A stretch of DNA of 64,000 nt from Nitrosopumilus sp. (GTDB taxonomy: Archaea; Thermoproteota; Nitrososphaeria; Nitrososphaerales; Nitrosopumilaceae), in contig OZ242041.1 in the NCBI GenBank assembly GCA_965205215.1, forward strand, positions 1,312,001 to 1,376,000, given 5' to 3'. Positions 9,288 through 18,611 of this stretch are shown here, one piece after another. A program made the translations under genes and the position numbers. The notes under the pieces are model-generated. The model made no database searches. It saw nothing but the letters and a program-made list of their open reading frames with translations, and was not told the DNA's origin. Numbering within the stretch: position 1 is the first letter of the stretch; every line of letters starts with the position of its first letter.

Positions 9288-12200
9288 ATGATCGCTTTTC
9301 ATGGGGCCCGCTCCATCCTTGCGTTCCCTAACACCCTGCATTCTGATCGCCCAAACCCGATATCGATTGCCTCTGTGGTCATACTTGCACTTGTCGCGTG
9401 CATGACTCCCGCATTTGCAGTAGATGGAAATCCCCAGGATCGGCTCAGGTTTGACCAGGACGGCATTGACGCACAGGTTCAAAAAGCTGTGACGGATGCA
9501 TTGGCGCTGTACTCTCAGAACGGCCGGGGCGCGTTTGACATGATTACAAACGCGAGGAGTTCTGATTCCGATGCGCCAATCCCGCTTGTCATAAGCAGCA
9601 GCACCCTGAAGGTTGTAGCGCACGGGGCGGGCCCTCTATACGTGGGGCAAATGCCGCTTGATGTCGCAGACACGTCAGTTGATCAGATCCGAGCCAGTCT
9701 GGAGCGTGACGGGATGATCTGGATCGAGCACATGGAGACAAACCCTGAAAACGGCCAGCCGCAGGCAAAGCGGGCCTTGCTGCACCTGCATGATGACGGA
9801 TACATATTCTCTGCCGGTTACTTTTTGGACGACTTTGAGGTTCAGCTTTTGATAGAGGACGTGGTGGTCCAGTACGAGACGTACGGGATCGGCGCCTTTG
9901 ACATGATAACCCCCAGTGAGCCCGTTGTGACTGACGATCTGTATCCGTTTGTGATAGACATCGAAACCTGGACCCGGGTGGCAGACGGCGTGGTGCCCGA
10001 CAGGGTGGGAAAGGCAGAGGGCATCCTGAACACTGCGGCCAGGTCAGTCGAAGATGTCCGCGCGGAACTGGAAACGACCGGTTCTGCGTGGGTGACATAT
10101 ACGTTTCACAACCCTGCCACGGACATAACGCAGCTCAAACTCTCTTGGCTCTATCTGCATGATGGCTATGTGTTTGGATCCGGCTACTATCCCCCCGATT
10201 CCCAGGTAAAATCACTGGTGGACTCTGCAATCATGACATACGAGGTACATGGAGCCGACGCCTTTGGGATGATGACGCCGGATGTGTTTGATCGACTGTC
10301 GACGCAGTCGAATTTCGTGCTGGACGCGGCAACCTTGGAGGTGCTGGCACACGGCAGGCTGCCCGCGCTGGTGGGCGAGCGCTTCGAGCAGCTTGAGGCG
10401 GCAGACAGGCCCCTGCGGGACATCATGGCCGAACTGCGAAGTGCGGGCGGAGCCGGAACCTGGGCATGGCACATGGACCTGAATCCCGCAACCCGGACCG
10501 ACCAGCTCACGCGCACGTACGTCGTGCTGCACGGCGACTACATATTTGGCGCAAGCCTCTCGCTGCCCGATATTCGGCTGCAGGCCGTGATTGACGACGC
10601 GCTCTACACGTACAGAAACGATCCTCAAAACGGGCTTGACATAATCACTTCTGGCGCGCTCAACAGACTGGACCTTTTTCCTGCAGTGAGAAACGAGACG
10701 CACATACTTGCGCACGGCGCAGTGCCCTTCTTGGTCGGGCCCCTCCCGCCGCACCTGAGGATAACGACGGGTGACGGGGGCGCATTTTCCGACGTTCCGG
10801 ACGGAACTACGTTTTGGACCGAGTTTGCGTTTTTCAACGCCAACACCGGAATAACGCAGATCAAGCGCGGCTGGACCCACTTTTATGACGGTTACACGTT
10901 TGTGGGCGCCTATACAATTGCAGACGCTGACACCCAGTCGGTGACCGATTACGCGCGGTTCATCTACGAGTCCAACAGAGCCAACGATGCATGGAGGGAT
11001 ATCATCACTCCTGACGCGCCCATCGTAACTGATGATCTGTATCCGTTTGTGATAGACATCGAAACCTGGACCCGGCTTGCAGACGGTGTCGTACCTGGCA
11101 GGGTGGATCTGCCCGAACGAATCCTGGACACTTCGGGAAGATCCGTGCGGGACGTGGTTGCAGATCTCAGAGAGACGGGCAGTGTGTGGCTGACATACAC
11201 GTTTCACAACCCTGCCACGGGAGTCGAGCAGCTAAAGCGCACGTATCTCCAGCTAAAAGACGGACTCGTGTTCGGCTCCGGCTATTACATACTTGATTCC
11301 GGCGTCCAGGCCGTGGTGTATGCCAACATAGTCGAGTACAACACCAATGGAAGGGATGCCGCGCTCGGGGCAATCGGCACAATACCCGAAAGGCCGATCA
11401 CTGCATACGCCTTTGCAGTTGACCCGCAGACCGGCACTACCGTGGCCCAGGGCGTGGATCCGGCCCTGACAGGCTCCCCCCTCCTCCCTGTTGCGGACTG
11501 GGACGCCATAACCGCGGTGCTCCCCACTGAGACGATTATGAGTACGATAACAGACGCGCCCGGCATGTGGGTAAACTACCAGCACACGAATCCCGTAACC
11601 GGCGAAATCGAGACCAAGCGCACATGGCTTGTCCTGCACGACGGGCTCGTGCTGGGTTCGGGATACTATGCGTCTGAGATTCCGGAGTCTGATGTCAAGT
11701 ATGCAGTCAGCAATGCGATCAACATCTACAACAACAACAAAGCCAACGGTGCGTGGGTGGACATAATCACGCCCGATCAGCCCGTCACAACCGACGCTCT
11801 GTATCCCTTTGTGATAGACGCCGACACCTGGACCCGGCTTGCAGACGGCGTGGTCCCCGACAGGGTGGGCCAGCCGGAGACCATTTTAGACACGTCCACC
11901 AGGTCGGTCGACGACGTCCTTGCGGAACTGGACGAGAAGGGCTCCCTGTGGGTCACCTACATATTCCACAATCCAGCCACGGGCATCGAGCAGCTGAAGC
12001 GCTCCTACCTGCAGCTGCACGACGGGCTCGTGTTCGGGTCCGGCTATTACATACTTGATTCCAGGGTACAGTCATTCGCGCACGGCCGCGTACTGGAATA
12101 CGAGCGCGACGGCAGGGCCGCGACGCTGGCGTCAATCAATACGGTTCCGCCCGTACCGATCACCCTGTATGCCTTTGCAGTTGACTCTGCAACCGGTATA

Positions 12201-13229
12201 ACGCTGGCTCAAAATGTTGATCCTGCTCGCGTGGGTGCGGCAACCGACTGGGATGTCATAACTTCCGCAATTCCAGAATCCGATGTCTTGGACAGCCTGA
12301 GCAGGGGGACGGGTGCGTGGGTGACCTACAATTACATATCCCCCGTAACAGGCAAACCGGAACTAAAGCACTCGTGGCTTGTACTGCATGATGGTCTGGT
12401 GTTTGGAGTGGGACACTACTCCTCTGACATTCCACAAACTGATGTAAGGTTCGAGGTTCGCGGTGCAATAGAAATTTACGAGAACAACAAAGCCAACGAC
12501 GCGTGGGTGGACATAATCACGCCCGATCAGCCCGTCACAACCGATGCGCTGTATCCCTTTGTGATAGACGCCGACACCTGGACCCGGCTTGCAGACGGCG
12601 TGGTCCCCGACAGGGTGGGCCAGCCGGAGACCATTTTAGACACGTCCACCAGGTCGGTCGACGACGTCCTTGCGGAACTGGACGAGAAGGGCTCCCTGTG
12701 GGTCACCTACATATTCCACAATCCAGCCACGGGCATCGAGCAGCTGAAGCGCTCCTACCTGCAGCTGCACGACGGGCTCGTGTTCGGGTCCGGCTATTAC
12801 GTGCTCGATACCGACGTGCAGTCACTGACACACAGCCGAGTACTGGAGTACTGGCGCGACGGCAGGGCGGCAATTGTCGAGTCGATCAGCATGATTCCGG
12901 ACGTGCCCGACTCCAAGTACTCTTTTGTCGTGGATTCCGCATCCGGCACGACCCTGGCGCAGGGCGTCAACTCCGCAAGCATAGGTGATACCCATGACTG
13001 GGACGCCATCGCCCTTGCAGTGCCTGCCCAAGGCCTCTTAGACGAATTACGCCGGGAAGCTGGCGCGTGGGTCGTCTATGATCACACGTCTCCCATAACG
13101 GGCGAGCTGGAGACCAAGCGCGCCTGGCTTGTATTCGATGACGGGCTGGTATTTGGAACCGGGTACTATTCATCGGACATACGCAACGAACTTGTGCCTG
13201 CAACGTACACTGCGCGAGTCTGCCGGTAG
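9288..13229 (+). CDS. Secreted protein with ~10 tandem Cache-like ligand-binding modules
   Basis: Signal-like N-terminus (VVILALVACMTPAFA); ~125-aa repeats with LYPFVID, W(V/L)TYxFHNPxTG.EQxKRSY..LHDGLVFGSGYY; no TM anchor or signalling domain; ends RVCR. Confidence 0.8.
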   Translation: MIAFHGARSILAFPNTLHSDRPNPISIASVVILALVACMTPAFAVDGNPQDRLRFDQDGIDAQVQKAVTDALALYSQNGRGAFDMITNARSSDSDAPIPLVISSSTLKVVAHGAGPLYVGQMPLDVADTSVDQIRASLERDGMIWIEHMETNPENGQPQAKRALLHLHDDGYIFSAGYFLDDFEVQLLIEDVVVQYETYGIGAFDMITPSEPVVTDDLYPFVIDIETWTRVADGVVPDRVGKAEGILNTAARSVEDVRAELETTGSAWVTYTFHNPATDITQLKLSWLYLHDGYVFGSGYYPPDSQVKSLVDSAIMTYEVHGADAFGMMTPDVFDRLSTQSNFVLDAATLEVLAHGRLPALVGERFEQLEAADRPLRDIMAELRSAGGAGTWAWHMDLNPATRTDQLTRTYVVLHGDYIFGASLSLPDIRLQAVIDDALYTYRNDPQNGLDIITSGALNRLDLFPAVRNETHILAHGAVPFLVGPLPPHLRITTGDGGAFSDVPDGTTFWTEFAFFNANTGITQIKRGWTHFYDGYTFVGAYTIADADTQSVTDYARFIYESNRANDAWRDIITPDAPIVTDDLYPFVIDIETWTRLADGVVPGRVDLPERILDTSGRSVRDVVADLRETGSVWLTYTFHNPATGVEQLKRTYLQLKDGLVFGSGYYILDSGVQAVVYANIVEYNTNGRDAALGAIGTIPERPITAYAFAVDPQTGTTVAQGVDPALTGSPLLPVADWDAITAVLPTETIMSTITDAPGMWVNYQHTNPVTGEIETKRTWLVLHDGLVLGSGYYASEIPESDVKYAVSNAINIYNNNKANGAWVDIITPDQPVTTDALYPFVIDADTWTRLADGVVPDRVGQPETILDTSTRSVDDVLAELDEKGSLWVTYIFHNPATGIEQLKRSYLQLHDGLVFGSGYYILDSRVQSFAHGRVLEYERDGRAATLASINTVPPVPITLYAFAVDSATGITLAQNVDPARVGAATDWDVITSAIPESDVLDSLSRGTGAWVTYNYISPVTGKPELKHSWLVLHDGLVFGVGHYSSDIPQTDVRFEVRGAIEIYENNKANDAWVDIITPDQPVTTDALYPFVIDADTWTRLADGVVPDRVGQPETILDTSTRSVDDVLAELDEKGSLWVTYIFHNPATGIEQLKRSYLQLHDGLVFGSGYYVLDTDVQSLTHSRVLEYWRDGRAAIVESISMIPDVPDSKYSFVVDSASGTTLAQGVNSASIGDTHDWDAIALAVPAQGLLDELRREAGAWVVYDHTSPITGELETKRAWLVFDDGLVFGTGYYSSDIRNELVPATYTARVCR
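11733..12800 (+). repeat. Near-identical 318-bp direct repeat (11733-12050 and 12483-12800)
   Basis: Offset 750 bp; 4 mismatches counted by eye. Confidence 0.9.
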
Positions 13230-13408
13230 TTGAGGTAATGGTATTTGGCAACGCAACAAAAACAAATTTCCGTGCCAAAATGCTCATGAAAAATTAACCA
13301 ATATTTTGGGCATGCTTGGTTTTGCCCGTAATCATATGGGGTGTAAATTCGTGGACAATGTTACGCATTAAAAGAAACCCTTGTTGATCGTACACACAGA
13401 TACACGGC

Positions 13409-13560
13409 ATGGCCAAACTGCCTGGGGAGAAATTCAGAGGCGTATCGGCAAGAGAAGGATCCCAAGGCGATAAAGAACCCGCTTGCAGTAAACATGGCAC
13501 TGCAAGAAGGAAAGCACGCAGCACGATCGCCGTACCTCAATCCCGCGGAACAATGCCGGA
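13409..13560 (+). pseudogene. Degraded IS630-like transposase N-terminus
   Basis: Frame of 13494 reads EAYRQEKDPKAIKNPLAVNMALQEG, like the IS630 N-terminal AYxxEKDPxxxxRxLAV motif; frameshifted from ATG 13409; no DDE domain follows. Confidence 0.45.
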
Positions 13561-13892
13561 ACAAGGGGAAGAGCGAAATAATGAATTCCGAATATCGCGA
13601 GATTTTCGTTGCCTTGCGCAACAAGACGTCCAAATATTACAGAACGACAAGGTTTACCCTTGACGTATACAGATATCTCGACAGGAAGACATCAGAATGT
13701 GCTGAGTTTTGGATCGCCATTATGCATTTCCGCCTACTGCAAGATCTGAGCTGATCAGAAGGTCTTGCAGACTCCCAGCCGCACGGGTCAAACATGCAGG
13801 CAGCTGGGGCAGTGAACCGGAGCCGTACCGTAGATAGGACGGGGAAGAGGTGATGACAAGCGTGAGTATTCCAACTGCAGGCAAGCTTGGCT

Positions 13893-14847
13893 TCATGTCC
13901 TGCTCCTGATCAGCTCCTGCAGCTCCGCGGGCAGGCTGCCGTGCTGGTTTTCATACCTTTTTATCATGTCCTGCGTGTCCTGCTCATCGAATTTGTCTTG
14001 GATCATGTTCCCTACAATGCCTCTCAAATCGTCTTGCCTGTTCATCTCTTGAAAAAACTCCATATGGGACTCGACATCCTCAAGATCTGGCAGTGTATCT
14101 TTATGAAGCTGCAGAATCTGCTCGCGCAGCGTCTCAAAATACTCGTACAGGGATTGGCGCCACGGGTCAAGTACTATCTTGCAGAAGTGCGAGTTCGAAT
14201 AACTTGCAATGATGTCTTTATAGTTGAATATGGAAAATACACTGCTGTTGTTCTCATTAAAACAGGACAAGCGGTATGGCTCCTTGTCAGTCCTTTCGCC
14301 GGTACACGAATCAATGTGAAACCACGTTGATGCGTACCGGCCATTGCCGTCTGCTGCGCTCAGTCCGTAGTGGATGTTGCTAAGCACGCGGTCACGCTCA
14401 TCTATGATATACATCTCAATCTCGTATTGGGAATATTTCTTTGCAGAGTCCAAAGTTTTCCGTCTGCGAAATTTTTTGCATGTGCAGGGGTATTCTCTGC
14501 TCAAAGGCGCAGACTGACGACGGCTCCACGCCGAGCTTTTCTGCCCTGGTGTCTGGATCATCAAACGGATATACATCAATCAGGCCCACACTTGAGATTT
14601 CGAGTCCCATGTGGGAAAAGGATGCCTCCTTCAGCTTCTCCTCCATGGACCTTTTCGAATCCTCAAACTTTTGCATGTCGCCTGCCATCTGGTGCCCTTT
14701 TGACTCCTCGTTGATCTGGACCAGCTCGCGGGAGTGCTTTTCAATCGAGACTGCCCTTGGGGACTCCTCGGGGCTGTCCTGGATTAGGAACAACACGGCA
14801 GAGACCAGCAGCGCCATGGCCGCTATCGTGCCAAGTCCGGACTTCAT
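13893..14847 (-). pseudogene. Frameshifted secreted/membrane-anchored hypothetical protein
   Basis: 14416..14847 (signal peptide ...KISQTENFGL) and 13893..14579 (AKKYSQYEIEM...) join into one coherent protein with a frameshift near 14445. Confidence 0.6.
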
Positions 14848-15002
14848 TTTTCTACCCCCGCAAACGGAATTGAGATCCCTTCGTGCATTGCAAGGGTGTA
14901 AACATACAACGAATAGATTCCGGGCATGGATGTGAAGAAGGGCAGGTCAAGGACCACAAACGGCAGGACTGCAGTTACCGTAATCCTGTATCTAGTCTTC
15001 AT
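14844..15002 (-). CDS. Small hydrophobic hypothetical protein (MKTRY...)
   Basis: 52 aa; ATGA overlap with the downstream gene and 11-bp overlap with the upstream gene. Confidence 0.5.
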   Translation of the reverse strand: MKTRYRITVTAVLPFVVLDLPFFTSMPGIYSLYVYTLAMHEGISIPFAGVEK

Positions 15003-15618
15003 TCTTCCTCCGAATTGCCCACACGGCCATCGCAAGTGACGGAACGGTCACCGTCAGGTAGACAAACCCGATTCCATTGTTAAAGACGTTCTCAAAGCCA
15101 CGCTCCTCGATGCCTTCTACCGTACCGGTCCATGCACCTATGCCGTCACCAGTATCCCATATGTACGAACTTGCTGATAAGATTAAGAGCGTGAGGGCCA
15201 GATGCGCAGCTGCAAGTGTAACTATGGCAACCACAACGGGCCGGTTCCTTGCAGGACTTGACATCTTTTTTTGGAACATAAATGCTGAAAATCCCGCCAC
15301 TGCTCCTACGAGCGCTGAAGCCATAGGCCCGAGGACCTGAACAAACGGAATCATCAGGGATACTCCGGTAATCACACTTAGCAGGATGCCCGTGGGCTTG
15401 ATGCTTTTTGACACCCACGAAAGCACCGACCATGACACCATCGAAAACAGGACTGCCAAAGTCATGGCGACAGCGGCATGAACGGATATTCCGTCTACTT
15501 GGACCTGGCCGAACTCAAGCTCCACCTTGTCGACCCATGGAACTATTAACAGAAATGCAGCTATTGCTGCCAAAAACCCAGTCCTCAGACTCCCAAACCC
15601 CCTCTTGAAATCTGTCAA
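14992..15618 (-). CDS. Membrane protein with partial ammonium-transporter (Amt)-like segment
   Basis: ~6 TM helices; VITGVSLMIPFVQVLGPMASALVGAVAG resembles Amt GLVAITP...SPxxAxxIGxxAG. Confidence 0.55.
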   Translation of the reverse strand: MTDFKRGFGSLRTGFLAAIAAFLLIVPWVDKVELEFGQVQVDGISVHAAVAMTLAVLFSMVSWSVLSWVSKSIKPTGILLSVITGVSLMIPFVQVLGPMASALVGAVAGFSAFMFQKKMSSPARNRPVVVAIVTLAAAHLALTLLILSASSYIWDTGDGIGAWTGTVEGIEERGFENVFNNGIGFVYLTVTVPSLAMAVWAIRRKNED

Positions 15619-15861
15619 CTGTGATCTATTTGAATCCTGTATGAGGTTATTTGATGATGTAATTTATTGCGCAGGTTTCATGAGTTCATGGCGGATGCCA
15701 TTTTGCATTCGTTGCTTGTTGTATGAAAGACACATGATCTGAGCATGCCAGAATGCTTGAAGAATGGCTTTGTTATTCTATCATGTGTCCTGTTATGGCG
15801 TGTGGAAATACCGATATTGCAGGACTTTCTTCTAAACCCGCAAGCCAGTGCGGCGTACTGG

Positions 15862-16239
15862 CTAGTGAAACTCTTTTGCTATTGGTAGGCATGCGTCTAC
15901 TATCCTGAGCACCTCTGAGCGCACGACCATCTTGTCTATTGACACCCAGATGCGGTTCTTCCCGATGGCAAACGATATGATCTGCACCTTTTCCCGCTCC
16001 TCCCATACGAACTCTATCTCGCCCAGGTTTTCGTCAAAGAAGCTCTCAAGATCGGTCTTTATGGCGATGTGGGAGAACTGGTACTTGGTGTCCTTTTTGT
16101 CAAGCAGCGGGGCGAGCTCGTCCCTCCTTCTGTATGCGATGAGCGTCCCGTGCTCGTCTATGACCCCTACAAACCGTATGTAGGGACTGATCGTGGCGAT
16201 CTGGTCGCAGACTTTTGCGAGGTCTTCCCTTCTTGCCAT
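15862..16239 (-). CDS. Roadblock/LC7-like thaumarchaeal protein
   Basis: IRFVGVID..G.L, FFDENLGEIEF...REKV; paralogue of 57261..57635. Confidence 0.75.
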   Translation of the reverse strand: MARREDLAKVCDQIATISPYIRFVGVIDEHGTLIAYRRRDELAPLLDKKDTKYQFSHIAIKTDLESFFDENLGEIEFVWEEREKVQIISFAIGKNRIWVSIDKMVVRSEVLRIVDACLPIAKEFH

Positions 16240-16397
16240 GCCGCTTGTGTATGGGGCGCGTATTTATGCTATTTCCAAAATTTCCGGCACTGTTTTTTTG
16301 AAAGGCGCCGTTCTCCGGCATTGCCCGTGCCGCTGGCGCCGCCACCGCACCGGGCATTGGCGCGGGGGTGGCGTTTGAAGGTTAAATAATCCTGCAT

Positions 16398-17207
16398 GTG
16401 ACGTGGCTTGTGGACTTTGCCGACCTCTTTCCATTTGCTCCCGAGGTCGGCTATCTGAGCCTGATAATGGTCAATTTCATAGGCTCGCTTGTTCCGTTTG
16501 TCCCGCTGCCGGGCTTTCTGCTCCTCGCAACAATGTCTGTGGGGGACAAGTTTGATCTGCATGTGCTCGCCCTGACCTCTGCGTTTGCCGCCACAGCTGC
16601 AAAGCAGATAATATTCCTTGCAAGCTACGAGGGGAGGCGCATAATCAAGCAGAGTACGCGTGACCGTATGCGGCCGTTTGAGAGGCTTGTAAAGCGGTAC
16701 GGGGCGGCCGCTACGTTCGTTGCGGCGGCAACTCCGATTCCCGATGATCTCGTGTACATCCCGCTGGGGCTTGCAAAATACGATCCCAAGAGGTTTCTCG
16801 TGGCCACGTTGGCCGGCAAGCTTGTGCTGAGCTATGTAATCGTGTTCGTATCGCACTATCTGGGGCTGTCGCTTGTAGAGCCGTACATGGAGGACATTGA
16901 GAGCCCGACGCCCATCTATGCGGGGATTGTGATATTTGGCGCGTCGATGACCTTGGTGGTGATACTGCTCTTGAGACTTGACTGGCGGCGCATCATGGGC
17001 AGGGTTGCCCCGTGGACGCTAGACGATGCAAGCGATGATGCCCGTGATAGTAAAAACGACAGTTCGGTTGCAGTTGACCCCGACGACAATGGCCCCGACG
17101 ACAATGGCCCCGACGACAATGGCCCCGACGACAATGGCCCCGACGACAATGGCCCCGACGACAATGGCCCCGACGACAAGGGCGGCCGTGGGCATGCCGA
17201 TTTATGA
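16398..17207 (+). CDS. DedA/VTT (SNARE-associated) membrane protein with acidic repeat tail
   Basis: FVAAATPIPDDLVYIPLGL...FLVATLAGK. Confidence 0.85.
   Translation: MTWLVDFADLFPFAPEVGYLSLIMVNFIGSLVPFVPLPGFLLLATMSVGDKFDLHVLALTSAFAATAAKQIIFLASYEGRRIIKQSTRDRMRPFERLVKRYGAAATFVAAATPIPDDLVYIPLGLAKYDPKRFLVATLAGKLVLSYVIVFVSHYLGLSLVEPYMEDIESPTPIYAGIVIFGASMTLVVILLLRLDWRRIMGRVAPWTLDDASDDARDSKNDSSVAVDPDDNGPDDNGPDDNGPDDNGPDDNGPDDNGPDDKGGRGHADL
17079..17183 (+). repeat. 15-bp coding tandem repeat x7: (PDDNG)6-PDDKG
   Basis: cccgacgacaatggc repeated six times plus one variant. Confidence 0.95.
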
Positions 17208-17388
17208 GCGCTGATGACAGTAACTGGTGATTGTCACTTGGCTTGTGATTGGCGTCTGCCTTTCTCCAATCCTTGCCCTCTGACACGGTGCTGTTACCAA
17301 GATCCTGACTCTGAAGGCTGCCCGTATTTGGCTTGGTGCCGCGCCGACCCTCGGGGCGTAAATCAGTACGGGGTTGCCGGCTGCAGCA

Positions 17389-17916
17389 TCACGCGGATAG
17401 CCTAAAGTTCCAGGGCTTGCCTGTGGCCTCCCTGATTCCGATCCTTGTCGACTCGACTATGTCGTGACGCGCCACGTCATAGTCGGGGTTGCCTGTGATG
17501 CAGAGCCTCGGCCTCGTCGTGAGATCCTCGCCGTACTGCCCTGAGGATATGCACATGGCCTGCGTGAGCTTTGCAGGGCCGTCTGCCAGTATGCGCGCGT
17601 CCTGAGTCTTGCGGTTTCTCATCATTGTGGCGACGCCCTTCCTTGGTATGATCCCCCTGATCAGCACGGCCCCTGCCTCCGACCTGTCCGCGTCCCTGGC
17701 CGTCGCGTTAAAGCAGTAGTGCATCCCGTACGTAAAGTAGACGTACGCCCTGCCGACCTGGCCGAACATTGCCTGGTTTCTCTGCGTCTTGTTCCTGTAC
17801 GCGTGGCTTGCCGGATCGTCGCTGTGCCCGTATGCCTCCGTCTCGGATATGACTCCTGAGATTGTCTGTCCGCCCGCCCTCCTTACCAGCGTGGCGCCAA
17901 GCATGTCCCTTGCCAC
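17389..17916 (-). CDS. DNA-3-methyladenine glycosylase (MPG/AAG family)
   Basis: ETEAYG..DPASHA, YVYFTYGMHYCFN, AVLIRG, GPAKL, RIGI; homologous sequence (LPREFYARD) extends upstream to ~17952, start unclear. Confidence 0.92.
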   Translation of the reverse strand: MARDMLGATLVRRAGGQTISGVISETEAYGHSDDPASHAYRNKTQRNQAMFGQVGRAYVYFTYGMHYCFNATARDADRSEAGAVLIRGIIPRKGVATMMRNRKTQDARILADGPAKLTQAMCISSGQYGEDLTTRPRLCITGNPDYDVARHDIVESTRIGIREATGKPWNFRLSA

Positions 17917-17992
17917 CGTGGCCGTGTCGCGCGCGTAAAATTCTCTTGGCAGGGGGAGCGAGCCGTCGCGGCACCTGGCCCCGTACGGTCCG

Positions 17993-18595
17993 TCAGTATA
18001 AGATGTCAGGCGTTATCACCTTTCCGGATCTGATCTCCGCTGCAATTCGTACTGCGTTCTTGATGTCTGCATCAAACGTGCCCCTTAGTTCCTGGTTGTA
18101 TATGGTCGCGGCCGGGTGTATGGTGACAAAGTACATCCTGCCGTTCATGGACGCGGTCTTTCCCCTGTTCTTTGTGATCTCGGATCCCCCGAGGATGGAT
18201 CCGAATGCCGTGTTCCCGAGTATGCAGATTATGCTCGGGTTGACCGCCTCGATCTCCGCTTGGAGGTACTCTGAGCACTGCTGCCGCTCGTCGGCAGTCG
18301 GGACGCGGTTGTCGGGAGGCCTGCACTTTACCACGTTTGTGATGTAGACGTCGCCCCTTGCAAGCCCCGCCCTGGCCAGGGCCCCGGCCAGCCTGGTGCC
18401 CGCGGCGCCTACAAAGGGCTCGCCGCGCGCGTCCTCGCTCCGGCCCGGCGCCTCGCCTACCAGCATGATGTCCGCTCCGTATCCCCCGCTGCCCGGCACC
18501 GCGTTGGTTCTTGTGGCGCAGAGGCCGCACCTTTGGCATGACTCGACGTCTGCCCTTATGTCATCCAGTCTTGCGGCCGTCACGCTGCTTCGCAC
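17993..18595 (-). CDS. Uracil-DNA glycosylase family 4
   Basis: CxxC Fe-S ligands, GEAPG..ED..G.PFVG, TNVVKCRPP.NR, HPAA; GTG start after GGAGAG. Confidence 0.93.
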   Translation of the reverse strand: MRSSVTAARLDDIRADVESCQRCGLCATRTNAVPGSGGYGADIMLVGEAPGRSEDARGEPFVGAAGTRLAGALARAGLARGDVYITNVVKCRPPDNRVPTADERQQCSEYLQAEIEAVNPSIICILGNTAFGSILGGSEITKNRGKTASMNGRMYFVTIHPAATIYNQELRGTFDADIKNAVRIAAEIRSGKVITPDILY

Positions 18596-18611
18596 CTCTC
18601 CCTTCTCAGTC

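Noticed and set aside
11733-12800. Diversity-generating retroelement TR/VR pair
   Set aside because: Mismatches are not adenine-specific, both copies lie in frame in the same gene, and there is no reverse transcriptase in the window
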